From: Camelus ferus | Taxonomy: Eukaryota | Assembly: GCF_009834535.1 (NCBI RefSeq) | Contig: NC_045697.1 | Location: 6,760,001-6,824,000, forward strand | Reading direction: 5' to 3' | Length of the DNA stretch: 64,000 nucleotides | Shown here: piece by piece, positions 1 through 12,819 of the stretch | How positions within the stretch are numbered: the stretch's first letter is position 1 | Layout: the number at the start of each line of letters is the position of its first letter | The notes under the pieces: model-generated | Told to the model about the DNA's origin: nothing | What the model saw: the letters and a program-made list of their open reading frames with translations, nothing else | Database searches by the model: none | Made by a program: the position numbers and the translations under genes

Positions 1-385
1 TCTGGGTCAGGCTTAGCTGTTGTAGAGGGAGCAGAGGTACTATCCATGCATCTGAGGTCAGCTGCTTGTTGGCTAGGGGCTGGCTCTCTGGATCTTGGCT
101 GGTTCCTCACGTACTTCTTGGTCCTTGCCAGGGAGAATGGGCAGGCTCTGTCCTATGTAGTCTCTCATCCACAGGGGATGACTGGGGCTTGTTCAAATAA
201 AGGTGGTGGAGATCCGAGAAAATGAGCAGAAACCTGGTCTCAGACCTGGCCTGATACCACCACCACCACCACACCTACTGGCCAAAGTAAGTACCAAGGC
301 CAGCCCAGATTCAAGGTGAAGTGAGGAGAAATAGATGTCACCCAAAGAACAGTCACATTACAGAGGGGTATGTTGTAGACATTTT
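1..385 (-). mobile_element. Old MaLR LTR fragment (MLT1J/K/L-like)
   Basis: Contains ggccaaagtaagtaccaaggccagcccagattcaagg...gagaaatagat...agtcacattacagagggg, typical of antisense old MLT1 LTRs; runs off the window start. Confidence 0.65.
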
Positions 386-1999
386 GGGAAACAATCTACA
401 CAGACAGGAACTATAGCCCCCAAAGGATCTAGGGAACAGAAGGGATGGACACATGATTTATGGCATCACCCTAGGATGAATCAACTCCACTCATTGCCTT
501 TTTTTTTTTTTTTTTTTGTCATTCCACTCAAGACAGCACTTACCATCCCTGGAATGGCATCTTGATTGGCAGCTTCATCCAAATTCACCCATATTGGGCA
601 ATTGAAGTCCTCCTGCAACAGGAGTGAGCAAGTCGTGCTCAGCAGATGCAAAATACTATTTTGGACGTGAGGACCTGAGTCTTCTGGAAACTGAAGTACA
701 CCGTTGAGTGACAGGGTGTTGTTGGGCTACTCCTGCTAGATCTTCTTGCACATGTTCTGTGGGGACTCTTCTTGGAGGAATCTTTTGTTGATGATGATGA
801 CTTCGTGAGTGTTTGCTAAGAGGCTGAGAAAGCATTTCCAACAGTCGTGTTAGTGACGGACACTTCCTCCTCCACTTCTAACATTCCCATTCTGTGAAGA
901 AGCTCAGCGCACCTCTGGGCCCTTCTCTGCTCCTTTAGCTTATGAGTGAAGTGGTTTCCTGGCTGAGATATTTGGAAGGAAAAACCAGGGATGCTCAGCT
1001 CAGCTAAGTGGTCTAAGTCACAAGGGTTACAGGCAGGGAGGGCTGCCCAAGTCCAGCACTGCTGGAGTCTGAGTGGGTAGGATTCCTTAGATCCAAGTCG
1101 GTGTTATTGTCATCAAGCCCACTTGATTAATCTACGTAAGGATGTGTTTTCCACCTGTAATAAATATCATGTTTGGCCTCCTTATTTGTCTTTTGCTTTA
1201 TTTCCCTCCTTGTTTGAAATCCAGGTAGTAAAGGGGGATTATATTTTTGTGGGTTCCATTGGCAACCCCAGTAGAGAGAAGTAACATGAGCCCAAGACCC
1301 GTTGTGTAAAATCGTTCATAGCATTTTGGGAACTCTGTGGTTCACGTACCTGGACTAAAGGGATGGGGTGGAACAAGCTAGAAAGGCGTGAGAGAATCAG
1401 ATAATGAAAGAATGTGCGCCATACTGAACAGTGTGGGTTTTATATAGAGGGCCTCTGTAGGTTGCTGATGGATGCAGGGGATGGAATTGAAAACACTTTT
1501 TTTTTAAATCCACTCAGGCACCATTGTTGAGAATGTTCAGTCAGGGCCTCAACCACAATGCAGTGGAGCCAAGTCATAAGCACCACCTTATAGATTCAAA
1601 TACGTGTGTTCCACAGGACGCAAAGAAGCAAAGAAACAAAGCAATCAAGAAAAAGAGAAAAATGTGAAAGAGAGGCAGGAGAGAGAGAATTTTCAAATAG
1701 TGTAAGTGATTTCACTGCCCATTCTTACCAATTAATTTATTGGGCTTCTTCTGGCTCCTGAGTAATAGAGACCGCAAATAATGGTGTGTTCTCAACATCG
1801 AATTCAATCCAAAATCATTGATATCTGGATCTAAAAAGGCTCAGAGATGATCCCATCCATCTCTTAACACACATTCAGTGATTTGCCCACAGTCCCATAG
1901 TTCACTTTTCAATGTCTTTTTCAGCTCCATAAACTAGCTGTGCACCCTGTGTTCAATGTTCCATATCTATATGTCCTGCAAGCTGGACTCACAGGTGTT

Positions 2000-2450
2000 G
2001 TCATCCTCCATTCCACCCATTTCCTTTCTCCTCCAATTAAACCAGTTACCTTGTTACTTGTTTATTCTGCCTTAGGAGCATTGATTGCCATGGCATTTCC
2101 ATTGCAGTAAAGCACATTATCAGTCATGTCAGTTCTCTGTTCAAAAGTTGTCATTCAACAAGGATGTCAAGGCATTGAAATGTAAGGCTTCAAGAATGTC
2201 TTTTGCAGCCATATTACATACTTCCTGTCACTGAACACGTCCTAAATGCCCAAGCTTGGATGAGGTGCTTGGAAGATGCCGGATGGGGGAGCTTAGGCTC
2301 CAGCAAACCCCAGACTTGCTCTAAACCACTCCCAGTTCTTGCCTCTATTTAGTCTGTTCCTTCCACTGCTCTTGCCCTCTGTCTGCTAAATCCTGTAGCT
2401 TCATTCAGCCGCCAGTCATTCCTTGTAGTTAAACTTTCCGTAATCTTCCA
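2000..2450 (+). mobile_element. L2 LINE fragment, highly diverged
   Basis: Pyrimidine-rich L2-like tracts (gtcatcctccattccacc..., ctctgttcaaaag..., gttccttccactgctcttgccctc). Confidence 0.45.
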
Positions 2451-2457
2451 CTCAGAG

Positions 2458-2665
2458 CTGGGCTTGGCAAACTGTGGCCTGCAGGGAGCCCCCCTACGTT
2501 TGTGAGTTTATTGCAGCTCAGTCACACCCACTTATTTTCATGTGGCCTAGGGCTGCTTCCACGCTGCAACAGTAAAACTGAGCAGTCGTGAGGCAGGCCC
2601 CACAGCCCACAAACCTGAAAACATTTACTACCCAGTCATTTACAGGAAAAGTGGGCTGACCCTTA
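2458..2665 (+). mobile_element. MER58A-like non-autonomous hAT-Charlie DNA transposon
   Basis: ggcttggcaaactgtggcctg...ggctgcttccacgctgcaacag...cccacaaacctgaaaacatttactac...tttacaggaaaagtgggctgaccc follows the MER58A layout, about 210 bp. Confidence 0.8.
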
Positions 2666-2719
2666 ATGGGGAAGGTTAACCACATAGCACTTGGCTTTTA
2701 CTGCTCTTAATAATAAATA

Positions 2720-2990
2720 AAACTATTAGCCATAGTCGCCACTGACGGAGTGATTGATTAAGAATTTAGGTAACAGTTGAGTCCTTTTTTTTTTTTTTTT
2801 TTTTTTTAACATTATCAGAGTCGATGCTTATGATGTGTCTGAGGACTAAGAATAATTCTTCACATCATATGGAGAAGTAGATAGAGGCTGGAGAGGTAAA
2901 GGGATTTGACCAACACAGTACATGCTAAGTAGGAGAAGAGGAATCTGAATGCAGTTTTTTCTGATGTTGAAATCTGTGCTTTTGACTTGC
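2720..2990 (-). mobile_element. MIR SINE with internal poly-T
   Basis: Core gaggctggagaggtaaagggatttgaccaacacagtacatgctaagtagg. Confidence 0.55.
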
Positions 2991-3559
2991 TCTGCAGCTG
3001 AGTGTGTGTCTCTTCTTTCCTGGGCTGAATTTTAATTTCCTCCTTGCACAGCGTTTAACAGAGTGTGTTGCATGGGATATGCCATCAGTCTGCTCAGTTA
3101 CTAAATAAACGTAAGGCTGCATTTATGCACATGGAAGAAAGAAGGTAGCTAGGGGACATTTAAACGTCAGCTGTTTCTTGGTACTCTGAGTGTGGTCAAG
3201 AGGCATAGAGTGTCTTATTAAAATCTAAGCATCTTGAAGACACAGATACATGTCTCCATTGCAGCAACCAAGACGGAGGCTGTGTCTGGGCTTGGGGAAT
3301 GCTTGTGAGCTAGAAACCAGGAGACCAAGTCTACTAGTCATGTTTCAGCTGCATGTTAAGTATTACCTTGAGCAAATCATTCATCTTTCTGAGCCTATTT
3401 GCTCATCATTTATCAAGAGAATTTGATTTGTTAATTTTCAAGGTTGTATTACAAAGCCTATTTAAATCTAAGTATCTATGACTATAACGGTAACACCACT
3501 TTTGGTGTATTTATCATAGAACCGTGAAGTCTAAGGCAGAATAGGGGAAAGTAAGAGAG

Positions 3560-3790
3560 CTAACTTTTATAAAGTGCCTACTATATGCACAGGTCTGCAT
3601 ATATTTCATGCATCTTGTCAATGAATCCTCAGAGCAGTCCTGGGAGGAGGCTGCCATAATTATTATGATAATTTAAACAGAGGTTCAGAGGGATTAACAA
3701 AATTATCTAGGATCAAGCACAAAATAAGAGTCTCAGCTGGAATTGAACCCAGGTCAGATTCATGATGAATAATATATTATTCTCACTACA
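3560..3790 (-). mobile_element. MIR SINE
   Basis: aagtgcctactatatgc...aatcctcagagcagtcctgggagg...aaacagaggttcagagggattaac...ggaattgaacccaggtcag. Confidence 0.7.
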
Positions 3791-6069
3791 TCAAGGTTTG
3801 CTACACGATGCCATTCTACACTGGACACTCACTGAAGGCTGTGATTCATTTCCTTACTCAGTTCAGAGCAATTGATATGAAGGTACAGGGAAAAGTTAAA
3901 AGTACAAAGTGAAACTTTATTTTTCAGATCTTTCACAAGCTGCCTGCTATTAAAGTCTGTTGTGTTACATGATAAATCTTATCAATTCTCTTAAACACAA
4001 TACGTTTTTTTAAATCGTCACTATGGCATCTGAGTGTGGGGCTTTGTGGTTCTGAGGACAAGCCATTAAAGCCTCTGCCTATTTCCTCTAAACAAATCTC
4101 AGACTTTTCCAAAACAGTTTTCATATTTTTCAGAGCTTATCATGTCAACCCCAAATTGGGGCAAAAGCTAAAAACTTAGCATTTATTTCATGTTCCTGAA
4201 AATAAGACACCATTTTCATACCATCAAGTTCTCTGCTGATACAGATAGCTGTTACAAGTTCCCTTCAACTTTGGTTTGAAAACACAGATTCCAACAAGAA
4301 ATAATGATAATATCTTATTTGGAAATACCTCATAATTTTCATTCTTTAATATCCCTATAATGAATCCTCCTTCCCTCACTTATAAAGTAGGAATATACTG
4401 ATCCATATTATAATAGACGAGGAATAGAGGCTCAGAAGACTTGAAAAGTTTGCCAACTTTAACTAACTTTTGCCAACTTTATTATGGTTAGACACACTTC
4501 CACATATTTTACATATATCAACTCATTATATCTTCATGAGACATAGAACCAGAATAGATCCAGGCCCTTCAAACCACACTCCATCATTTTCCTTCACACA
4601 TCACCACCTATCACTGGGTGACAGATACTGGCCTATCACTTTCCCATTTTGCTTATTTTGTGGGTCACTTTTCCCCCTATCATCAAACACAAAATATCAA
4701 GAGAACCATTTGACCAATAATTGCATGGTGCTTCATAGCTTATAAATCAATTTTGGAAGAAATGTTTCATGTTTCCCTTTTCCTTACAATGGCCCTGGGA
4801 AACGATTATCATTACACTCAAGATTGACAGATTAGAACAAACAAACGGACCTGAAGGCTTGGGGAAGTGCCAGCACAAAGTTTCTACATCCTCAGTACTG
4901 GTACATATGTTTTCCTGTCTTCTTCTTGCTCTCTTTCTGCCACCTTCCATGAATAACTGATAATTCATCCTGACAGTATTCTCACCGGTTTTCAGAAGCT
5001 GATTAGGCAAAAAAGAGGACAGCAGCCAAATCAAATAGAGTGAATGTTAACCTACTGCTTCTTGTAAACTTCTTGCCTCCACCTTGTGTTATATCATCAG
5101 GCAACACAGGTTTCTGTGAAATTAGGGAGATGAGATTTTATGATGATGAAGACGTCTCTCTGGAGAATTGCATGTCACCTTCTGTGCACTGAAAGCCTTT
5201 TTGGACAGTTCCAATTGTAAGGAATGTCCCACTACTAACTGCTTGCCCATGACCCACCTCCAGTAATCTCCACCCGCAACATCTGTCCAATTTGTCTTTT
5301 GTCTTTCACATTGTGATTTTAACTTTACATTGAGCATGCTTTAAAGCAAAACCCACGTGCTGCTGTCCTACTGGGGGACTATTTATAATAAGCATGGAAG
5401 TTGAAATGCAGAAAATATGTCACCTTCCAATGTTTTTCTAAACAGGCTCCCGTCTTGTGCCCCATTAACAGGGGAGGGATAGAGCTAAGAGTTGAATTTT
5501 ATGCTCCTGGTAACTGTGAACATTTGGTAGACAATGTGCATGCATTCATAAGCCGTAGTAGAATAATTCATCCCTTTTTAAATATTCACATAACCTCTTT
5601 AAGTTCCCAGAGAGCCCTTCCTGTGCAGCTTTCCATCGACTGTGAGAGCTAGTTCTCCAGTATCATATTCGCCTGCCTTTATGTTCACCGTAACTTGTGA
5701 GTTGCCTGTCATGGGGTACATTCTTGGAGATTTTCTCAATAATCCTCCCTAAGGCTAGCATGAATTACCTTCTGAAAAATTTAAGAAATACTGCAGTCTT
5801 AACCTGTTCCTTAGAACTCTGACCCTGCTTTTAAACTCAAATAAATCTTGATTTCTAAACTCACTGATTTGCATTTCAAAATGTATTGTGACAGCACAGT
5901 TACTTTTATACTAAACTATATTTTAGAGTCCAGGTACCTACAGGTAGGCTACATGAGTTTAGGGGCAATGTCTTATTCATCTCAAATTCCCCAGAAACTT
6001 AACTCAACTATACCCCATCTAGTAATGTATAAGATCTAATTAGTTAGCTTGCATAGTATCAACTTTTGG

Positions 6070-6220
6070 ACCAATTTGATCTTAGACAAATACCTTAACC
6101 TCTTAGAGTCTCAGTTTCCTCATCTGTAAAAAAAAAAGCTAACAGTGGCACTGAACATATATACATTTTGGTGTCGATTCAATAAAATTAAATGAGTTAA
6201 TTTATGTTATGAGCAGAGCA
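6070..6220 (+). mobile_element. MIR SINE, 5' part; continues at 7474-7530 after an L1 insertion
   Basis: Core ccttaacctcttagagtctcagtttcctcatctgtaaaa...attaaatgagttaat; the MIR 3' end cacagtgcctgacatatag resumes after the L1. Confidence 0.75.
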
Positions 6221-7419
6221 AAACATTATCTGACATTAATGTTAGCAACGTTCTCTTAGGGCAGTCTACCCAGGCAATAGAAATAAAAGCAAAACTAAAT
6301 AAATAATACCCACTTAAACTTATGAGATTTTGCACAGCAAAGGAAACCACAAGCAAAACAAAAAGAGAACCCTCAGAATGGGAGAAAATATTTGCAAAAG
6401 ATGAGACTGATAAGGGCTTAATTTCAAAAATATATGAACAGCTTATACAACTTAATAATAATGAACAAACAACCTAATCCTAAAATGGGCAGAGGACCCA
6501 AAGAAGCAATTCTCCTATGAAGACATACAAATGGCCAATATGCACATGAAAAAATACTCAATATTGATAATTTTCAGAGAAATGCAAATTAAAACTACAA
6601 TGAAATATCACCTCACACCAGTCAGAATGGCCATCATTCAAAAGTCCACAAACAAATGCTGGAGAGGATGTGGAGGAAAGGGAACCCTCCTATACTGTTG
6701 GCTAGAATGCAGTTTGGTGCAGCCATTGTGGAAAACAATATAGGGACTTCTCAAAAGACTGAAGATAACTTACCTAATGATCCGGCAATCCCATTCCCTG
6801 GCATATATCCAGAGGGAACCTTAATTCAAAAAGATACATGTACCCCAATGTTCATAGCAGCAATATTTACAATAGCCAAGACATGGAAACAACCTAAATG
6901 TCCATTGACAGATGACTGGATAAAGAAATTGTGGTGTATTTATACAATGGAATACTGCTAAGCCATAAAAAAATAATAAAATAATGCCATTTGCAGCAAT
7001 ATGAATGGACCTGGAGGTTGTCATTCTAAGTGAAGTAAGCCAGAAAGAGAAAAAAATACCATATGATATCACTTTTATGTGGAATCTAAAAAAAAAAAAG
7101 AAAAAAAAAAAGACAAACAAACTTATTTACAAAATAGAGAGACTCATAGACATAGATACAAACTTATGGTTACCAGGGAGGGAAGGAGATAAGAAGGAAT
7201 AAATTGAGATTTCGAGATTTGTAGGTACTAACTAATATATGTAAAATAAATAAACAAGTTCATACCCTATAGCACAGGGAACTATATTCAATATCTTATA
7301 GTAACTTATGGTGAAAAAGAATATGAAAACAAATATATGTATATTCAAGTATGACTGAAGCATTATGCTGTATACCAGAAATTGACACATTATAAACAGA
7401 CTATACTTTAATTTAAAAA

Positions 7420-7473
<54 letters not shown>
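6221..7473 (+). mobile_element. 5'-truncated L1 (ORF2 C-terminus plus 3'UTR), lineage-specific, with (TA)n tail
   Basis: ORF fragments [40 protein letters not shown] and DPAIPFPGIYP...DTCTPMFIAAIFTIAKTWKQPKCP match the L1 ORF2 cysteine-rich end; TSD gagcagagca at 6211-6220 and 7474-7483. Confidence 0.95.
7427..7470. repeat. (TA)n microsatellite in the L1 tail
   Basis: About 22 TA units read directly. Confidence 0.95.
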
Positions 7474-7475
<2 letters not shown>

Positions 7476-7639
7476 GCAGAGCACAGTGCCTGACATATAG
7501 CAACAGCATAAAAGTGGTAATTGTTATTGTTAGAGAAAGGATTTATTTAAGATCTGCTGAATTAATCTTGAATACAGTAGGAAAATACACAATCCTATGA
7601 AGTGCAGAATTTTCTGTTACTATTAAATTTCAAAGAAGA

Positions 7640-7830
7640 CACAGAGATGTAGTGGAAAGAATACATGTATTTATGATCAGACGTCCTGGGCTGGAGTCTG
7701 TGCTCCATGACTTATTAGTGGGCAAGTTTCCCATCCGTCTGAGGTTTGTGGACCTTTGTTAGTAACAATGGAGAATGTTAATAACTACTGCATGAGTTTG
7801 TCATGAGGATTGTATCCATGGAAACATTCT
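7640..7830 (+). mobile_element. MIR SINE
   Basis: tgtagtggaaagaa...tcagacgtcctgggctggagtctgtgctccatgacttattag...tttgtcatgaggatt. Confidence 0.6.
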
Positions 7831-8804
7831 CCACTGCAAGGGTTTTCAAATTTTTAATTTCAAAACTTTTTTCCAAAGGATTTTTCTTCACAAAGAAACC
7901 CAAAGAATAAGCAAAGAAAACACATTACAATAGAGCTAAATTAGTGGATGTGAACAAGGGGTGGATGAGAGTCCACTGTACTGAGCTTACCCACCTCCCA
8001 CCCTCCACCTCACTCTACGCCTTTCCCAGCTACTTCACAATTAGGAAATCATTTCTCTAGGGTAAGTAAATCCTGAACCAATGAAAGAATTATCATGCCA
8101 CAAAGAATGAGTGGGCGGGTACATTTTTTTCTTCTGTCTCTCCTTTTGTGGTTCCAAATATTTCGATAGTACATCATATTCCTGGATTTGGGAAGAAGAT
8201 CCCAGTGACCCTAACCAGGGGGATCTGGGGAAGGCCAAGACTTTGTAGAACTCCAGAGTAACTAAATTTTGCATCAGAAATCACTATTCAGACTGTAGAT
8301 GGTAGTGAAGGAAATATGGAAAATTGGTGTCTGGGTAATCACTGAACTGAGAACATTCCATAGAATTAGGGCTTTGGTGGTAGACACCTGGTTTCATGGA
8401 ATTAGTCTCTCTGTTTGTTGAGTTCTATTTGATTGATAGTTTACTGAAGGTCAGTTTATTGATGAATGATACATTTGATAGAGAAGGAGGGAACAATAGA
8501 ATCAGAGGATTTAAAATTGGAAGGGGCTTTCAAGATCAATATATTCCAAATTCCTCTTTTTACAGATACAGACTTTAAGACCAACAGATTGTGGCTTTCC
8601 CAAGACTATCCAATGTGATCAAGTTACTTGGATCATCCTGAGGATAGGTTGGGGACATAGGTCAGAAAAACTCAGTCATTATTAAGATCGGAGGTGATCT
8701 CTGGGTGACTATCGCATCTTTAGCATGGGTTAAAGAGAGGAGAAAACATGCACATATTTATTTTTGAAGGAGGTTTGATAAGAGAAATGATAGATAGATG
8801 TTAA

Positions 8805-8847
<43 letters not shown>
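8805..8847. repeat. (GATA)n tetranucleotide microsatellite
   Basis: About 10 perfect TAGA units. Confidence 0.95.
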
Positions 8848-8850
<3 letters not shown>

Positions 8851-8864
8851 ACATCACTGAGAAC

Positions 8865-9090
8865 TCGAACTTCCTGTATACCAGACACTGTTCTGCATGC
8901 TTTCTGTATGTTGTGTTTAATATTCACAGTGATGCTATGGAATTATTCCATATTATTATCCTCATTTTATGAATGAGCTACTGAGAAGTTAATTACCTGG
9001 CATAAGGTCACACAGCTAGTGTGGCAGAGTAGAATGGAATTCAGGTAGTCTGACTCCAGAGCCCTGATTCCTAATCATTCTGTTATTTCT
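8865..9090 (-). mobile_element. MIR SINE
   Basis: tattattatcctcattttatgaatgag...aaggtcacacagctagtgtggcagag...aggtagtctgactccagagccc. Confidence 0.8.
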
Positions 9091-9582
9091 GCTGCAGAGA
9101 GAGGCCCTTAACCATACAGAGGGGAGGTGAGAGGTTGGGAGAGATAGAACATTAGCCCTGGCCCCTGGGTGTGATGAGCCAGTTCCCAGGTATCATCTCC
9201 AAGCCCTGTCCTCAGAGGCATCCCTACCGATGTGGCCACTGACCTGGAGCTTACTGCCTTATACACTGCCCTTCTTCCTTCTGCACCACCCACCATGGCC
9301 TGCAGTATTCGAGTCCTTTGCATCACCCCCTTTACCCCCAGTTCCACCTTCTCTTTCCCAGATGCTTGCTTTCCCCCAGGTTTCCTCTTGAAGCTCATTC
9401 CTGCCTGCTGTTCAGTTGAGTCCAGCTTCTCTCCCCCTCATCTGCTTCAGTGGCTGGGCTGGAGAAGGCAGAAGCCAGGGGCCTGGCCTTTTCATCAAGT
9501 GCAGAGAGTTAGAAGTGACAGCTGGCTTTCCAAATAGGTTTGGTTGATGTTAGAACCCATCAGGGTGGCAACTAAGCCTCAG

Positions 9583-10179
9583 TGTTGTGTGCCTTGCTGG
9601 GAAGTGGTGTTCATCTGGGGGAGATTTTTCAAGTGTACCTGTAAAGAGCCGCCCTGATCAGGAAGGCTGCATCTTAGGGGGTCCCAGCAGCTTGACTGAG
9701 ATGGAGCCTGACAGAAGAATTTTTCCTTATAGCCTGAGGATGCTTCCTGCTCAGGGAACATTCGCTGAGAAGCACTCTCACCTGACAGTGTCAGTGAGGT
9801 TGGGGGACACATTTCTGTGATGGACTGAACTTCACTGTGTAATCTCCCTGCATCTCTGCCTGGGCTTCTGGGCCTAGGGGTTTCCACTTTGTCCATAAAG
9901 AGACTTTCAGCCATGGCCTAACAAACAGACAAGTAAAAAGAGTAACTAGACAATCTCTTTGCAGCAGTCCTTTCTTGGAGGGAGACCTGGGTGACACACT
10001 TTCATGGCTGCTACCATGACAGACCGAAAAAAAAAAGCCCACGATGGCACCTGAACTTGCTCTGTAATGGTGTCACCAGTGTGCTTTTGGAAGTCTGCGC
10101 GGCCCACCCTTGACTAAGATCCCCTCTCTCTGAGACTCGTTCCTTCTTATGTTGGGGATGGGTGAGCGGGACCATTACA
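9583..10179 (+). mobile_element. Probable ancient ERVL-class solo LTR, family not resolved
   Basis: About 600 bp unit starting tgttgtg and ending ccattaca (TG...CA) with LTR-like composition; no TSD recovered. Confidence 0.45.
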
Positions 10180-10419
10180 CATTTTTATTACATGGTATTT
10201 TCCCCTTGACCTATGGTTCATAACGAGGAATGGAACCTCTAAATAATCACCCTAAACTATCCCTCTATTTGAAAATTTTGAAATAGAAACCTAAGACGAT
10301 AGTTCAACACGTATTTTTTGTGTCTGTTTAGAGTCACTGCGGCACCGCGGTTAAGGCGCAGAGTCTGGAGCAAGACTACCCGGGAGCAAACCCTGCTTCC
10401 GCCGCCGCCTGGTCCCCAG

Positions 10420-11336
10420 GCTGCTGTAACTCACCTCACCTCTGAAATACCCAATTTACCATCAGCAGAGAACACTGGGCAGTCCCCAGTCTGGTACTGT
10501 TCCAATCGACCACTTGATGGCAAGTTGATTACATTGGTTCCTTGCCACTGTGAAAGGGCGGTGGTCTCAGTCATGAGTACTGGACACTTATCCCTGGTAT
10601 GGGTTTGTGTTCCCTGCTCAGAGAACCTCAGCCAGCACCACTCTCAGTGGACTTTGGCATTTCTGATCTAGAGTCATGGCATCCTAAACAATGTAGCATC
10701 TGAATGGGGGACCCACTTCATAGCCAAGGAGCAGTGGGTGTGGACCCATGACCAGGGACTCCACTGTCATATCACACAAGGTACCATTTCATACTCTGCA
10801 ATCCAACCACACCTGGGAATGGCCTGCTGCAGGAAGTACTCTGAGCATAGGGTGTCATCCTTCAGAATGCAGTATACATCCTGGCTCAGACAACTCTCTA
10901 TGGCCCTGTATCCCCAGTAGGAAAAATACCTAAACTGGGGAATCATGAGGTGTGGACAAGGTGGCCTCACTTACCATTGTTCTCAGTGACCCCCTGAGGG
11001 AATTTGCATTTCTTGTTTCTGCAACTCTGCACTTGGTTGGTTGAGAAGTTCTGCCTTAAAGGGGGTACATTCCTTCCAGAAGACATAGCAAGGGTCCTGT
11101 GTCCAGGATCCAGCAGGAGAGAGTAGTCACCACTGAGATGAGGGTAATTGGCCCTGATCAGCCCTCAGCAGAGCAGGAAGGGGTGTGAGCAGACCTCAGG
11201 TATCCATTTGGTCTCTCTCATGAGTCCCTTGCCCTGCTGTGACTGAGAATCCAGTAAGCCTGGTCAGAGAAGATGGTGGTTTCTAGGGTTCAGGCCACTG
11301 AGGAATTAGGGTCTCGATCATATTCCCAGGCAAGCC
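10420..11336 (+). mobile_element. ERVL-type internal region, decayed integrase and 3' pol
   Basis: Manual translation across frameshifts gives WQVDYIGSLP (10518), LDTYPWYGFVFPA and HGILNNVASEWGTHFIAKE (10675), matching ERVL integrase WQVDYIGPLP / IDTYSGYGFAFPA / HGIPHSIASDQGTHFTAKE. Confidence 0.85.
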
Positions 11337-11710
11337 ACTGCTGGTTAATCTTATGTGACAACTTGGTGAGATGTCTGCTCTCAGTTAATTAATCAAACAG
11401 TAACCTGAGTGTTGCACTGAAGATACTTTGTAGATGTGGTTAAAAATCCACAATCACTTGACTTAGTAAAGATGACCACCACAGACAACGTGGGTGGACC
11501 TCATCCAATCAGTTGGAGGGCTTAAGAGCAGACTGACGTTTCTGTGAGAAAGAAGAAATTCTGTGTCAAGGCTGACACAGCAGCTCCTGCCTAAGTGTCC
11601 AGTCTGCTACCTGCCCTTCAGTTTCCAAACTTTACCCAGCCAGGCCCCATGGCTGCATAAGCCAATCATAATCATGTAAGACAGTCCCTCCAAATAAATT
11701 TCTTTCTCTT
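11337..11710 (+). mobile_element. MLT2-family (ERVL) LTR, MLT2C/D-like
   Basis: tggttaatcttatgtgacaacttgg...gtgggtggacctcatccaatcagttggagggcttaagagcagactga...aagaaattctg is the MLT2 signature; followed by a GGAT/GATA simple repeat. Confidence 0.85.
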
Positions 11711-12819
11711 ACATACAGATGGGTAGGTAGGTGATGGATGGATGGATAGACAGATAGATAGACAGCACTCTTAAAGCCATCTCAGCATCTGCCTTCAGAC
11801 AGGACTCCTTCTACCCTTTTAATACATTTCCCCTTACCATGCAAGTTAGCTCAAGCTACTACCTATTATCTGCAAGGCGAAGGGCTTTCTTGCATGGTTA
11901 GGAGACCCCCTCTGCCTTTGTTACTGTTTCTTGGATCCTCTGACATTCCCTTGTTTATCAGTTGCTTAAATCTGACATGGCCTTGACCCAATCTTGCAAT
12001 TAGTGCCTATTATCTTACATGTATTATTAATCATTTATGTCTGCTTTTCTGTAACAAAACCCTAAGCTCTGAAATGAATCTAGATATAGCTGTCACTTTT
12101 TCCTACATTTCTTAAAGCCTGGAGCAGTACGTGCATGCATGTGTGCATGCGTGCGTGTGTGTGTATGCCTAAACTGGAGAAATGATATTGACTAGCAAAG
12201 GTCATATTAAGAAAAGAATCAAAAAACTTTGCATCATCCTACACAAGAAAAGAGTCTACACTCATATTTGCAAATGAATCATTCTGGATTTATTTTTTCA
12301 AATTGGGGAGTTTATTCCCTCTGGTGGAGGATTCCAAAGATTTGTTGCATACATAAACCTTTTACACTAGTTATTGACACCAGCCACCCGACAGTAATGT
12401 ACTTTTAAGTGTCAAAAGTTCCTACAAACACACCATATTATCAGTGCAAATATGTCCTAGCTTTAGCTTTTAGAGGCGGACACATTTTAGGTCATGCAAA
12501 CCCAAGCCAAGTTTAGAAACTAGTTATATATATTCCATTCCAAGTGTCACCTCTATAAATAGAATTCAGGACATTAAGGGCATTTCTAGAACAATGCCAA
12601 TAGCCCACATGATTCCTCCTCTCAGGAACCATTTGATCAACAAATATATTGATCATCTCCTATGCACTAGGCATTCCCCTGGGGATTGGATATGGAGATG
12701 TTATCAGATAGACACACACCTTTACTGACAAGGAATGGACAGTTTATTAAGATAGTTTTAAAATTAGATATGGGATCTCTTTTGGCTAATGAAGGTATCC
12801 AGGATTAGAGGAAATAAAT

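Noticed and set aside
4449..4482. Duplicated tttgccaacttta
   Set aside because: Small local duplication within a MIR; no sign of function.
6531..7202. ORFs with clear protein similarity
   Set aside because: Frameshifted L1 ORF2 C-terminal pieces of a truncated element, not a host gene.
12129..12169. Alternating purine-pyrimidine tract
   Set aside because: Ordinary degenerate (TG/CA) microsatellite.
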